From Harriotta raleighana (taxonomy: Eukaryota): 64,000 bases of DNA. Location: NCBI GenBank assembly GCA_050575255.1, contig JBNZDD010013673.1:3712194-3776193 (forward strand), given 5' to 3'. How positions within the stretch are numbered: position 1 is the first letter of the stretch; the number at the start of each line of letters is the position of its first letter. Of this stretch, positions 26,644 through 38,859 are shown piece by piece. The notes below the pieces were generated by a model. That model saw only the letters and a list, made by a program, of their open reading frames with translations. It was not told the DNA's origin and searched no databases. Both the position numbers and the translations under genes were made by a program.

Positions 26644-27215
26644 CAGTAAAAGCCTGCGTATCCGGCACCCTCGGGATCTAGCATGTGCCAGCATGTGCCG
26701 GATATGTGGGCGATAGGCTGCCGAAAATCCAACACAAAAAAACTTTTTTTAAACCTACCATATTAACAATAGACTAAATAATAATGGAATTTTTATGGAT
26801 ACTTAACAATAAAGCAATAAATATCCAATACAGTCTATAAACACAGCACACAATCACAAAGAAAACTTCTACAATGGCGGACAGAAGAGTTTTTTTTTCT
26901 CTTAAAGCGGCACTGTTGGTTTTTCCTCTTCAAACGCCACTTTATGAGGAATACCGACAGTGCCGCTTTAAGAGGGAAAACCGGCAGTGCGACTTTAAGC
27001 CACTAACGGCAGCATTCAGAACTACTCGTACTGTAGTCTCGTGAGACAACTGAATGCGCCAGCAAGATTGTTCCGGGTGGCTTTGGTTGCTTAAATGAGA
27101 CGCCATCAGGGGTGGAGGGCGCTATATAAATCAAAGTTGTTNNNNNNNNNNNNNNNNNGTGGGGGTTGGTTGGGCGTTCCAGTTGTCTGGGTGCCGCATA
27201 AACGGGCTTTTACTG
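26644..27215. mobile_element. Tc1/mariner-type MITE, related family (contains an N gap)
   Basis: About 27-bp imperfect TIRs cagtaaaagcctgcgtatccggcaccc / gggtgccgcataaacgggcttttactg+TA. Confidence 0.78.
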
Positions 27216-27340
27216 TAGTCAGAATGGATTGAATCTAATTATGCTATGGTTTGTTATTGTTATTGCAGATTGCTTTATTGAACCGCCACAAGATCCAAAC
27301 TAAAGTACAGATTAACTTATTTTCTTTTTGAAATTTACAG

Positions 27341-27385
27341 TCATCTGTTTCCGGTGATGCGAGCTGTGTGGATGAGATTCTAAAG
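27341..27385 (+). CDS. AFF4: AFF4 exon 4
   Basis: SSVSGDASCVDEILK; AG/GT, phase 0-0. Confidence 0.95.
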
Positions 27386-27513
27386 GTATGTTCCATGTGA
27401 ACACATGTTTTTTTTTGTATATTGATATACAAAAGTAGTGTTGTCTTTTTGCCCTGACTTTTCCATTTATCTTAAATTTGGAATTTTTAAATTTATGAAC
27501 ATGTATATTCTAG

Positions 27514-27600
27514 GAAATGACACACTCTTGGCCACCGCCCTTGACAGCAATTCACACACCATGCAAGGCCGAGCCATCAAAGTTTCCATTTCCAACTAAG
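27514..27600 (+). CDS. AFF4: AFF4 exon 5 (ELL-binding region)
   Basis: [29 protein letters not shown]. Confidence 0.96.
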
Positions 27601-28708
27601 GTGGGTATCTATTCCAACCTCTAGACTAGAGTACATGGAAAGATTGGTTTACAAATGTAACGTATTGTGGGAGGGGAAGAAGAGATCTGCATAACTTGGG
27701 AGGAGAGAATGCAGAGAGATTTACAAAAGAAGGTACATTGATTTCAGGTTTTTCTGAGGTAAACCTTTGCCTGCAATCTAGTTAGTGCACCTCTAAATAT
27801 TGACATAATTGTTGGAAATAAATACAATATTGATACTGTAGAATATGGCTTTGAAACAATCATGAAGAATAAATGAATGTACTTTTGGATTCCAAAAAGC
27901 ACTTTCAAACAGTTTCAATACTTCTGAAAGTTATATAGTCTTGATAGTAATAATACCAAATAAATTTCCAACAAATTGTATTTGTATATTTTCACATTGG
28001 GAGAACCTCCAAAGAGTCTGGAAAGTCAAGGGTTTGCACCCGAGGGAGTTGGAAGTAAAGAGGGATGGAGGGCAAGGGGGGTAACCTGAGCATGTAACAA
28101 AACTATGGTGTTTGCCTTGTATGTAGGGACCTATTTGTATTTAAGATGATGCATCTATTTTACAGCAGATCTAGAAACTCCATGCCAGTTAGCTGAGGCG
28201 ATACTTTCCATCTTTGGCAAGGCTGAAAACCAAGGCATCCGGCTTACTAATAACATTGTTTTTTCTCCCTCCATCTCCAACCTTTCAATGTTTCTATCTT
28301 TACTTTCTTGCTGCATCTGATCCTTTTTGGCTATGTTACAGACTAGTTTCTCATCTCTACCAAAGGTACATTTTAATTCTCTTCAGGTTAGAGTCCAAAC
28401 AATAGCTTTTGGTGAGTGAAAAGTTCATTTGAGTGAGTTTGGAAAAAGTTGTAGGTGACTTTCAAAACCAATTTACAGATCTGTTTCACAATGTGTTGAA
28501 ATCTTAAAAATATGTGCTTATGATCTTGTTCTGACACCTGGTGTGATGCGGGAACTGTGTGCTATGGAGGCCTGTATTGACAAACGATTGGGAAAATAGG
28601 ACAAAATCTGTTTGGCCTACAGAGTGTTTAATGTTCCACTTGCACTCCTATTGTGACCGTGGCAGATGTTGTACACTTCACATCTTATATTGTGTTTTAT
28701 CTTTTTAG

Positions 28709-28745
28709 GAATCTCAGCATGTTAACTGCAGTATACCTGGGCCGA
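28709..28745 (+). CDS. AFF4: AFF4 exon 6
   Basis: ESQHVNCSIPGP plus 1 nt; tttttag| and |gtaagt. Confidence 0.9.
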
Positions 28746-30487
28746 GTAAGTATTTAAAGCTATTTAAAATGGGATGTTTTCAAATCTGTTTACCAAGGCA
28801 GTTGAGTTAATGGAGCTAATTTCTCAGGAGTGAACCTTAATAATTCAAATGGCATATTGTGCTGACGTGCATTTTAATGTTAGCCATATGCATGTTTCTG
28901 GAATTTATAGGCTGTATTACGGTTATAGAAATGATTTCCAACTATTGAATGGGTAATTTTGTAGCATTTGGCCCATTGTCCAGGATGTGAGCTCGTAACC
29001 TAGACACTCCAAATACAGCAACTCTCTGAGGGAGAGTTTTGTTTCCCGGAGGAACCTGTTCCGGTGACTCAACTAGATATAAACAGTCTCATGGTACTAT
29101 TTCATAACAGAGGACGTTCCTCCAGCTTTGTGGCCAATGTTCCTCCCACATTCTGTCACCAAAATACCAGATTAATGGTCAATCCCATCACATTGCTATT
29201 TGTGGAATGTTGCTAGTACACATTAGCTTCTACATTTGTCTACAGAATTGTCAATATACTTTTAAAAGGTCAATATACATAATAGTCATTATTCTGCTAG
29301 TAATTCATTGTATGGAGAGCTTTGACATTTTGACAAAGTGTTACACCAAATACAAATGCTGGTATTATGAGACTTATTCCAGGAGTTGGATTGCCATCAT
29401 AATATGAGTAATCTGATGCTTTTTAAAAATTAACTGCTGAGTTATTGAGTAGTGAAAGCCAAAGAATGTTGGGCAACTCCTTCACAATCAGTGAAAATAA
29501 TCTTTTACTTCTCTTGAATGCCTAGCAGCTATTTGCGGAGCAATCTGGAGTGGAGGAAAACTGGTCACTTATCTATATTCTCTGCAAGGGAATGTTCACA
29601 TGAGTTAAAAGCCTTAACAATGGGAATCAAAGGTGCTGTATGATAATACAGCTATTCTTTTATTCAACAGGCTAGTTTTCACCTTTACTAAAGGTACAGT
29701 TAAGTTGTTGTCATATCTTAAAGCAAAACATAATGAGGCATATATTTTGAAGGAGGGGGAGAAGCTGACTTCGGGATATTATCAATCATACTAAGGCATG
29801 TCTGAGTCATCTAAAGTTCTACAAAGCATTTCCATTAATAGCTAGTTGTAGAATACAACTGGTGAATTCCAAGGACAAAGCCAACAATTGTGAATCTTCT
29901 CCCCAACCCAACCCTGGCCAAAACAAATTCCAGGCTGTTCTAGATCATTTGTACAATGAATAGAGGTAAACATGATTCTCCTGCTCTCTCTTCCTTGAAA
30001 TAAAGTAGCAAAGTGTCAGACATTAAAAAGTTCAGATATTAGAATATATTAGAATATATTCCATCTTATTCAATTCCAGTTAAATGTTTGCTGCAGCTAC
30101 AGAGACATGATCACCCTTGCATTTGATTTCACAATATTTTCCAAATTCAGTGGACACAGTTATAACATGATGATTTAGGTCAATAGTTTCAAACCCTGCT
30201 TTACAAAAATGTCTGCCAGTCAGTAAGTACTTCCTAATCTCAGGTTGCAACTGACATCATCAAGCTGTGCTGAGTGGAAACCCAACGGGTCAGCGATAGC
30301 TGCTCCCACAAGCATTGCCAGCCATTGTTTGCAGGTGTTGATGATGGGAGGTTATCTGTATATATGTGTGTGAACATGGGCAGTTAAAGCCAGAAACTTG
30401 CTCTAGTTCCAATATGTTTACAGGTTCATTTACCTAGTGCCTTTCTCATTGCTTTCAAACCTCAGTTGGTAGAGCTCTTGCCTCTTG

Positions 30488-30575
30488 AACATAAGAAGTA
30501 GGAGCAGGAGTAGGCCATTCGGCCCCTCAAGACTGCCCTGACATTTAATAAGATCATGACTGATCGTCGATCCTA
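30488..30575 (-). mobile_element. CR1-type 3' tail fragment
   Basis: aacataagaagtaggagcaggagtaggccattcggccc, the reverse complement of a CR1 tail like that near 45350. Confidence 0.7.
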
Positions 30576-30586
30576 ATTCCATGTAA

Positions 30587-30862
30587 CCCTGTAGCTCAGT
30601 GGTTAGAGCATTTGCATTGCAAGTGAGAGAGCTGGGTTCGATTCCAGGAAGGGCGAAAACTTGAACAAGTTTCCTTACTCCACACTCCGAATAATGATCC
30701 CTCTTAAAAATAAATTTGGTCACTCAATGCTTGTGGGACCCTGCTATGCGCAATTGGCTGCTGCATTTCACTTACAAATATACAGTCAATTCACTTTCCA
30801 ATATATTCTTTGAGACATCTAGAAGAAAGCGCTATATTAAATGCAAGAATTATTATTATTTA
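30587..30862 (+). mobile_element. Full-length tRNA-derived Deu-domain SINE
   Basis: A box tagctcagtgg 30592, B box ggttcgattcc 30635, Deu core, (ATT)n tail. Confidence 0.85.
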
Positions 30863-31201
30863 TCTATTACAAATAGCAGTTCAATTGCATGAACTTTTCT
30901 TCAAATCTTGTTCCGTGGCTAATAGGGCAGACAGATGATCTCCACCCATTCCTCTTGAAAGATATTGAGAGGCTGACAGCTAGAAGGTGCCCAAATGCAG
31001 TCCAGGGCTATTTCTCTCTTAATTATTCCCCTTGTGTGCTAGGAACCAATTTTCAGCAACTCTCCATATGGAGAATTGCAGATGAGAACTACAGATGTGC
31101 TGTCACTGGTACACAACATGCTGACCACTATTTTACATTTTAACTGCACACTGTCTTTGCAATCGCAAGGACTTTTTTTAATAATGAGATTTTAATTGCA
31201 G

Positions 31202-31250
31202 AGAGATACAGTGCTACATCGAAAGCGGCCTCCAATAATCGAGCAAAATC
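31202..31250 (+). CDS. AFF4: AFF4 exon 7
   Basis: (K)RYSATSKAASNNRAK(S), similar to human KRYNPSKTSNGHQSKS; phase 1-2 bridges exons 6 and 8; |gtaagt. Confidence 0.88.
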
Positions 31251-32228
31251 GTAAGTAGTTCTAATTTTTGTCCACTTTCTTGTCTTGGTGAGTACAAGTA
31301 AGTGAGGAAGATTGAAGTTTAATTTGGAATGGGCAAAATACAAGTGTGTTCTAAATTTAAAAATATATATATATATGTATTATATATATAAATATCAGGT
31401 GCCCCAATTGTTCTATAAGTGGTAATATCAATAATCACCAACACCACCACAGAGTCCAAAATGCCTCAAAGCTAAATGTTTTGTGAATACATAGGCCAAA
31501 GCTTTTTCCTCAGAGAGAAAATCAATTTTTCTCAGATGAAGATGAGCTTTTTTCCAATTATTATTTTTAGAACTTATACATACTGTTGAGGCGTAAATCT
31601 AATTGACTTGAAAGGTAAGTGAAAGGTAACCGAACCAACTTCTTGGTCTAATATGAAGTGAATGGGGGAGCGCTGACTGCACCCTATCATCCTGGTTTAG
31701 GATTTTATGTCCCAACTTTGGGATATCCTCCCAATACAATGTTGTTGTTACAACAATGTTTTACTATAGTAATTACAGGGGTATGGGATCGGGTTTTCTG
31801 ATCACTTATTGAATAATAAATACTCTGCCATAGAGACAACAAAGGTACCAGATTTGATTACAAGCCTGATACAAATAGCCGGTATTGCAGTACTGGGAGG
31901 CACTGGAGTTGGCCTAAGGAACCCTTATTGAAGTAGCTCAAATCTGATGCAGAGGAGGTGACTTCTGATCAGCCTGTTTCTTAGCATGTTATTACAGTGA
32001 AATACAGCATAGAGTGGTGGTGTTAAGGTGTTTCCCCTTATGGATGAGAAATACGCAAACGTAGCTTGGCTGTCTGGGGAAAACCAAAGTGATTTTGTTT
32101 TCAACTCCTTTCGTTAAATCCATTAAATTCTGATCTTGACCAACCTCTGTGCATCCCTGTAGCACAGGCCATTTAGATTTATGTTGACTGAATGCGTGAC
32201 ATCAATAGCAATGGAATGCAACAACTTA

Positions 32229-33068
32229 CAGTAAAACCCTGTTTATCCGGCACCCAAGGGACCTGGCCAGTGGCGGTTAAACGTTTTTTCCAGTTGAACA
32301 GATTTATTAAAAGAAAATTATGAAATATATTTTTTTCAAAAAATTAAAAATAATTTTAACACATACCATATTAATAATGGACTAAATAATAACAGAATAT
32401 TCTATTAGTACATTATTATTTATACTTCGCAATTGCAGCACTGATTCGACGGGAGGTAAAAAACGCAACTTTAAAAAGCAATGAGTTTAGATCTAACGGC
32501 CAGGCCAGCACACACACACATCCACATACACACACACAGAGAGAGACAGAGAGACAGACAGACAAACAGACACAGACCCTCAAAGATATTCAGTCTGAAT
32601 CCATCATATAAATTCTGTCCACAAATCTNNNNNNNNNNNNNNNNNNNNNNNNNNNNNNNNNNNNNNNNNNNNNNNNNNNNNNNNNNNNNNNNNNNNNNNN
32701 NNNNNNNNNNNNNNNNNNNNNNNNNNNNNNNNNNNNNNNNNNNNNNNTCTTTCTCTCCATTCCCCCCTTCCTCTCTCTCCGTTTCCTCCCCTCCATTCCT
32801 CTCTCTCTGTCTCTCTCGTTGTTCCCCCCCCCACCTCTCTCTGGCCACTGCCTGCAGAAGTATTTATTATGTATACAGTACTTAACTTCTCAACGACAGG
32901 CACATCTGAACGAGGTAAAAAAACTTTTAAAAGGACCTGGAACGAGTTTAGACTCGACATTCAATGCTGGATTACTTCCGGTTAGTCGGATCGGGACTTT
33001 TTTTTTTTGAGATGGCGGTTGAATGGGTTTTCAGATTATTAGAGTCACGGATAAACAAGGTTTTACTG
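32229..33068. mobile_element. Tc1/mariner-type MITE family A (with CA/GA microsatellite and N gap)
   Basis: 21-bp TIRs with one mismatch (cagtaaaaccctgtttatccg / cggataaacaaggttttactg), TA on both sides. Confidence 0.88.
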
Positions 33069-33520
33069 TATATAGCGCTGCTCACATAGGGTAGGGTCCC
33101 GGAGCGATTAACAGTGGCATAGCATGATGCTGAGCCAGGATGCAGAGGAGGTGACTGTAGGTCCAGTTGAAGAGGGTTGCCTGGGGGAAAACAAATCTGC
33201 CAAATAAGTTCCAAACTTATTATAAACAAAAAACAGAGTTTACTTTATTGTTTGATTTTTGTTTGTTTGTTTTCTTGAGCTAGAGTGGTTTATTTAGGTC
33301 ATGCATTTCCGTATTCTTGGCTTGTGGTCATCTGTAAAATATGTGCTTGGCCAAGCCTTGAAACTGCATTTTTTAAACCATTTTAAAAACAGTTGCAGAT
33401 CTCCAATACAAAATTAATGAAGTTATATTTAATGTGTCTAGAAAGTAACTTTAGTACAGTAATTTTAAGTTTATTTACAAGCGGTTAGATATAACACCAC
33501 TTTCCTTTTTTTTAAAATAG

Positions 33521-33547
33521 CTGTGAACCTGACCAAGCTGCGTCAAT
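33521..33547 (+). CDS. AFF4: Candidate 27-nt AFF4 cassette microexon (CEPDQAAS)
   Basis: tttccttttttttaaaatag| and |gtaagt; phase 2-2, open in frame between exons 7 and 8. Confidence 0.6.
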
Positions 33548-33754
33548 GTAAGTCAACTTCCCAATGACTATTATTGCCTTACAGAATGAACAGACAGAAT
33601 TTAGTCCACTGTACTATTATTGAGCTATTAGACCAGAAAATAATTTTAACTTTATTTTGATTTTGTTTGAAGCTTTTGGAATTAATATGCTAATTCATAC
33701 TCCTATTCTGAGTTTATTGATAATAATTCCTCAAGAAAAAAAAAAGACAATAAA

Positions 33755-33899
33755 TTGGTCATTTCAATCCTTGCCTGCCCGTGCGATACAGCTGTGCACA
33801 ATTGGCTACCACATGTTGCCCATAGATATACAGTCAATTCACTGTACAGTACATTCTGTGAAGTGCTTTGAGACTTCTAGAGGTTTGAAAAGCGCTATA
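33755..33899 (+). mobile_element. Deu-domain SINE 3' half; tail continues at 34937-34962
   Basis: gctgtgcacaattggctacc...gaaaagcgctaTA, then TAtcaaatgaaagaattattatt after the inserted transposon. Confidence 0.75.
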
Positions 33900-34936
33900 C
33901 AGTTAACCCTCGTCAAAGGCGACTTTATCGATTGCGAATTCAAGTATACGCGGCAAAACAAAAGCATCACTTTTTTGTGCAGCATGCGTAAAACTTGTGT
34001 ATACGCGCTGGCTGGTCCCCGCGCGCTTGCGCACAGGTGAAGACACCGATAGCTCCCAACTAAATCCGATGATTCCTCGGCTGACTGGCCCCGCGCACAA
34101 TGCATTCCTGGGTAAATACAATAACGCTTTGGCCTCGGAGAATTTTATTTCATGGTAAATAGAAGAGACAGAGAGACTGGATCGTACAGTAATGTAGGCT
34201 AATCTATCCAGTTTTATTGCTTTTTTTTATTGCTTTAACGCTTTGTTATCACTTTATTATAGCAATAAAGCGATAACCCAAAGCCGCTGTAACCTTTCTG
34301 TGTCTCCTGTCCCGACCACCTGCAGCACTCTGCCTCTCACCTGCCTCCGAGCGGTTCTCTGCCCCCCACCTCCCCGAGTTCCCCCCCCCTTTCTGCCTCT
34401 GAACGGCTCGCTGCCCCCAACTCTCCCGAGTGCCCCCCGCTTCCGTGCGGCTTGCTGCTCCCCNNNNNNNNNNNNNNNNNNNNNNNNNNNNNNNNNNNNN
34501 NNNNNNNNNNNNNNNNNNNNNNNNNNNNNNNNNNNNNNNNNNNNNNNCCTCCCCCCCCCCCCCCCCCCCCTCCCCACCACCACCTCCAAGCAGCTCTCTG
34601 TTCCCCCCCCGCCTGCCCACTGCTCTCCCCAATTTCTCTCTGTTTCCCTCCTGGGCTGCCCTGATTTGCCCACTTCCCGGTAGGAGAGAAGAGAGCAGGA
34701 AGAGTGAAGGGGTGGTGGGAGCAACAAAAGTGGGGAGAGGCAGGTGGAGCAAGGAGCGGGCCAGCCAGCTGTAGCCCGCCTCAGTAGGTACCTTGCAGTG
34801 GATGTGCTTGGAGGCTTGAGGTGGATAGCCTGCGACTGGATTCCCCTAACCCCCCTTTTCCCATTAATTCTTAAACTTCTCCAATGCAATTTCGTTGAGT
34901 GCGCAGTTTTCCAGCAAATGAAACAAGGTTTAACTG
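33900..34936. mobile_element. Tigger/pogo-like non-autonomous DNA transposon, family B
   Basis: TA-cagttaaccctcgt ... acaaggtttaactg-TA imperfect TIRs; CpG-rich interior; no transposase ORF recognised. Confidence 0.8.
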
Positions 34937-35073
34937 TATCAAATGAAAGAATTATTATTATTTTACAAAGGAATTGCAGTTATTGAAAGTTTGGTAATAA
35001 TATTAGACTGCAGATTGTGTTACTAACCATCCAGGTTCCACTCAGAATAAAAACTGTTTTAAACTTACTAAAG

Positions 35074-35668
35074 CAATAAAAAGCCTGTTTATCCGGTACC
35101 CACGGGACCTGGCAGTGGCGGTTAAATGGTTTTCCGTTTGAACTTTTTAAATTAAAAATTATTTTAACACATACCATATTAATAATAGATTAAATAATAA
35201 CATAATAACAATATTGTATGGGTATTTTATTGTAAATACAGTAATAACATACTGTAATAACAAAATATTGTATGGCTATTTTATTATAACTATTGAACAA
35301 TACTATATAAATAATAGACTAAATACACTAATAACAGATACTATAACAGAATATTGTATTAGTACTTTATTATTTATACTTAACTTCTGCAATGGTGGCC
35401 ATGGGAGGAAAACAAAACGACAGCGAGATTTTTTTTTTTAAAAAGGGAGTAGTGGGACTTTTTTTAAAAAAAACAGCAGGAACGACTTTAGGCTCGACTA
35501 GCGGGCAGCCGATATACCTGCACCAGTACTCGCGAGCGACAATCGATTCATTAAATGCGTCTTAACTATTCTGCCGGATAACCCGGTTTATCGAATCGGG
35601 ACTTTTTTACGGTTCCGGTTCAATGGGTTTTCCGATTCATCGAGTCACAGATAAACGGGCTTTTACTG
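35074..35668. mobile_element. Tc1/mariner-type MITE family A
   Basis: caataaaaagcctgtttatccg ... cagataaacgggcttttactg-TA; interior similar to the 10416 copy. Confidence 0.85.
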
Positions 35669-36459
35669 TATTTGGTAGATACCCAAAATAAACAAAGTAT
35701 TCTTTGGTGAATGTTGTAAGTGCACCATGTATCAGATAGTCAATGCAACCTGCTTTTCTATCAACAGTTTAGGACTCAAATGACCCCATCACTTAATTTT
35801 CTGCATAATCCTAATGTTTTCACTATTTGTCGTGAAAATATCACTGCAAGGTTCTAATAGCTTTGTTCAAATTTGTAGATTATCTGACAAAAGAATTCAA
35901 GAGAAAACTATCTTTTATTTTTAAAACATTGTAAAGATAGCTATTGAGAGGCTGACAGCTATAAATGAATTAGCGGACTTGGCAACCGAGATGGGGCTTT
36001 GCACTTTATTGTGCATTGATGCAAAATTATAGAAGGATCCTATTTAAAAGGTTTGAATTCCCAATGGAACAGTGATATGTGATACATTTTGAAGCAAAGT
36101 TGCTGCCTTCTTTCCCTATCATCTTTTTATTCTAATGCAGTATAAATTTATCATGGTGGATTTAATGGCAGTGACGCTTATGTTTGCTTGTTATTTGGAG
36201 TCTTACTTGTTCATGACTTTTGTCATTGTTTAGTCGTGCAGTGACATCAGTTTCACTCCCAATTGCAATTCTGTATGTTTTGGCGTAGGAAAACTTTGTG
36301 CATCTATAGAGATTACACCTATCTGTCCTTGGCTGATTTTGAAAGTACATCAGACTCTTGGTAAATGCCGATTTCACTTGTATGGATCCAAATCAGCATG
36401 AAGCCTCCTTATTGCAGTGTTTGTGTCCCCACTAAAGATTTCTGTTTTCTGTTGTTCAG

Positions 36460-36514
36460 AATGTTGGCGGATGACCTCAAACTTAGCAGCAGTGAGGACA
36501 GCGATGCAGATCAG
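36460..36514 (+). CDS. AFF4: AFF4 exon 8
   Basis: MLADDLKLSSSEDSDADQ; phase 2-0. Confidence 0.95.
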
Positions 36515-37556
36515 GTTTGCCTTCTCATAGTGTTTGTATTTTGTGAATGAAACTCAATGTTGTCTCAGGAATAATGTAAAAGTCTACCATGATCAACGCT
36601 GTTTGGACCCTGTGCTGGAGAACACTATTTGGCCCCTGATCTGTGTGTTGGTTCATTTCCCCTTACTGTCCTTCTCACTCACCAAAAAAAAAGCTGTTAC
36701 TGAGGTATTAATTAGAGACAAGGAAAGTGTGTAAATGTATGAGTTAGGGAATAAGGGAAGAGGTACAACAGGCCACAAAGGATCACATGCAGCAAGATGA
36801 TGGAGAAAGAAGCAATATGGCTGGAGATGAGATTAGAAATGCATTGGTATTGAAGCACTTGTAAATTGCCAGGTTGCTTTGCTTTCCAGCTTGCCAAAAT
36901 GTGATGGGAGCCTACTGCTGACCTGTTTGGAAGTGACTTATTCATTCACCCCATTCTTTATCCCTACATGCACCATCCCACCCAACCTCCTTCAAAAAAT
37001 TATGAGATGCTATAAGATTAGATAATTACAACTGCACTACTTCCGGTAGCTTGTTTCATATTTTTCTCAGTCTGCCATTAAAGATATTATTATTCTTTAA
37101 ACTCTCTTCTCCCACTAAAGTAAGTAATAGCTCTCATCCTTTCTTCATTTTTAACAAATCAGACCTATTGCTTGCTCAGTGATTTAATTACTTTTGTGTG
37201 TAATGAAACTGCATTTTAAAACTGAGTACAGTGAACCTGTATTGCATTTTTTTTCATATTTGTGTGTTTTTTATCATTGTTTCATATAGATCAATAATGG
37301 AAGATGTGTGATCTCTCAGTTATGGCACCATTGTCCTTTACATTGAAATTATGGAATGCAGCTGACTTTAGTTACTTTAGTTTCACAACAATTTAACATC
37401 GATTTGTAGCTTGACAATTTAATTTGCTCCACTGGTCTGTGAACGCATAGAGCGTTTCAGAATGTGAAGAAGCACTACAATAGTTACTTACATATTGATG
37501 CCTAATTTGATCAGTATCCATGCTTGGGAATTTATTGAGCATCTTTTTATTCCTAG

Positions 37557-37591
37557 GATTCAAAACCAGCGGCAAGGGCTACACCTGGCGG
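37557..37591 (+). CDS. AFF4: AFF4 exon 9
   Basis: DSKPAARATPG(G), similar to human DCDKTMPRSTPGS; phase 0-2; cctag| and |gtaggt. Confidence 0.85.
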
Positions 37592-38087
37592 GTAGGTAGT
37601 ACTGGCAGGGGGTGTGACATGCAGCCTATCTTAAAGCTTTTCTCTCCTTTACAAGTATTCTGTCCACTCTTTTCCACGTATGCACATTGATCCTAATCCC
37701 AGAAGTAATGCTTGGCACAGCAATTCACCCTAAGTAGATTGTGGCTTTGGTCAGTAACAAATTACTACTGATGTGATTATTTTAAACTGCTAACATTGAT
37801 GTTGTTTTACTACAAACCTCCATTGATTATAGTAAGCTTATTTAACCACAGCCTTGCATAACTATTACATTGTGAACAAATCCTAAATACTGAATTATTC
37901 ACACAATCAAAATAACATAATGGATGTCGCCAAAGACTATTATTACATTCTCAATTTCTGTTAAATTTATATGATAAATAAAAGTTGAGGGACTGAATAT
38001 TCAGACTTGTATATAAAGAACATGTCATTTGAAATCTACTTCAGCTTCTTAGCTGATAGAATTGCCTATAAATTGTGTTCTCTTCAG

Positions 38088-38250
38088 TGCTTCTGAACCT
38101 TCGCAACAAAACAGTGAGGGTGTGGAACCATCCAGGGGTGACTCCAGCAGCCACAGTGGCTCGGAAAGTAGTTCTGGATCAGATTCTGAAAGCGAAAGCA
38201 GCTCTAGTGACAGTGAAGCAAATGAACCATCTCGGAGTGCATCTCCCGAG
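38088..38250 (+). CDS. AFF4: AFF4 exon 10 (serine-rich)
   Basis: [11 protein letters not shown]...[36 protein letters not shown]. Confidence 0.95.
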
Positions 38251-38859
38251 GTATGTCTGGAATTTGTGTGATGTAATTTGATGTGTTAATAGTGTAATTG
38301 TAATAATATACGTGCTTACTTTCCATTGTCTGTGTTTCTACCTATGGTTTTGGTTAGGAAAAAAGAAGCTTTGTGAACCTGAATTTGCCACTCCCAATCC
38401 GAACTGTTCATTTGTGCTGGGAGATAAAGTATTCACAGTGTTTATGTTATTAGACATCTGCCTTTGTCACAATATAGTTGTTCTGCTTTCTTATGGTTGA
38501 AGCAGGAAGTGTTGAATCTTTCAAATGCAGATTAAAAGTAATGCAATGTTTTTCTTCGCTCCATGTCTGGCTGACTGTAGCAATATCTGTACATAGTATC
38601 CCACCGACCCCATAAGGACCATTCACTTAATGGCGGTTTGGGGGAATGTTACTGAATGCAAATCGAATGGCGAATTTGCCAACAAAATACACAGTTGCCA
38701 CACTTAACAGTAAATCCTTTGACACACCTCACTGACGTGATGAGTCGCAACATCAAATGCAGGCATTATTCGATATGGTTCAAGTTTTTTTCTATCCCAA
38801 AATAGTGTGCGCATTTAACATGGGGCCTTCTTGGTAATCAATAGTCTTTGGAGAGACTA

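Noticed and set aside
29671-29693. AG/GT-bounded 23-nt segment as exon 7
   Set aside because: Immediate in-frame stop; 31202-31250 fits the homology and phase
30587-30655. tRNA gene (A/B boxes, anticodon-like loop)
   Set aside because: Continues directly into a SINE body and tail, with no proper acceptor stem; the same applies to the heads at 18653, 43348 and 62444
12276-30862. Inverted SINE pairs promoting circular RNA of early exons
   Set aside because: Copies are short, diverged and far from the splice sites; not supportable from sequence alone
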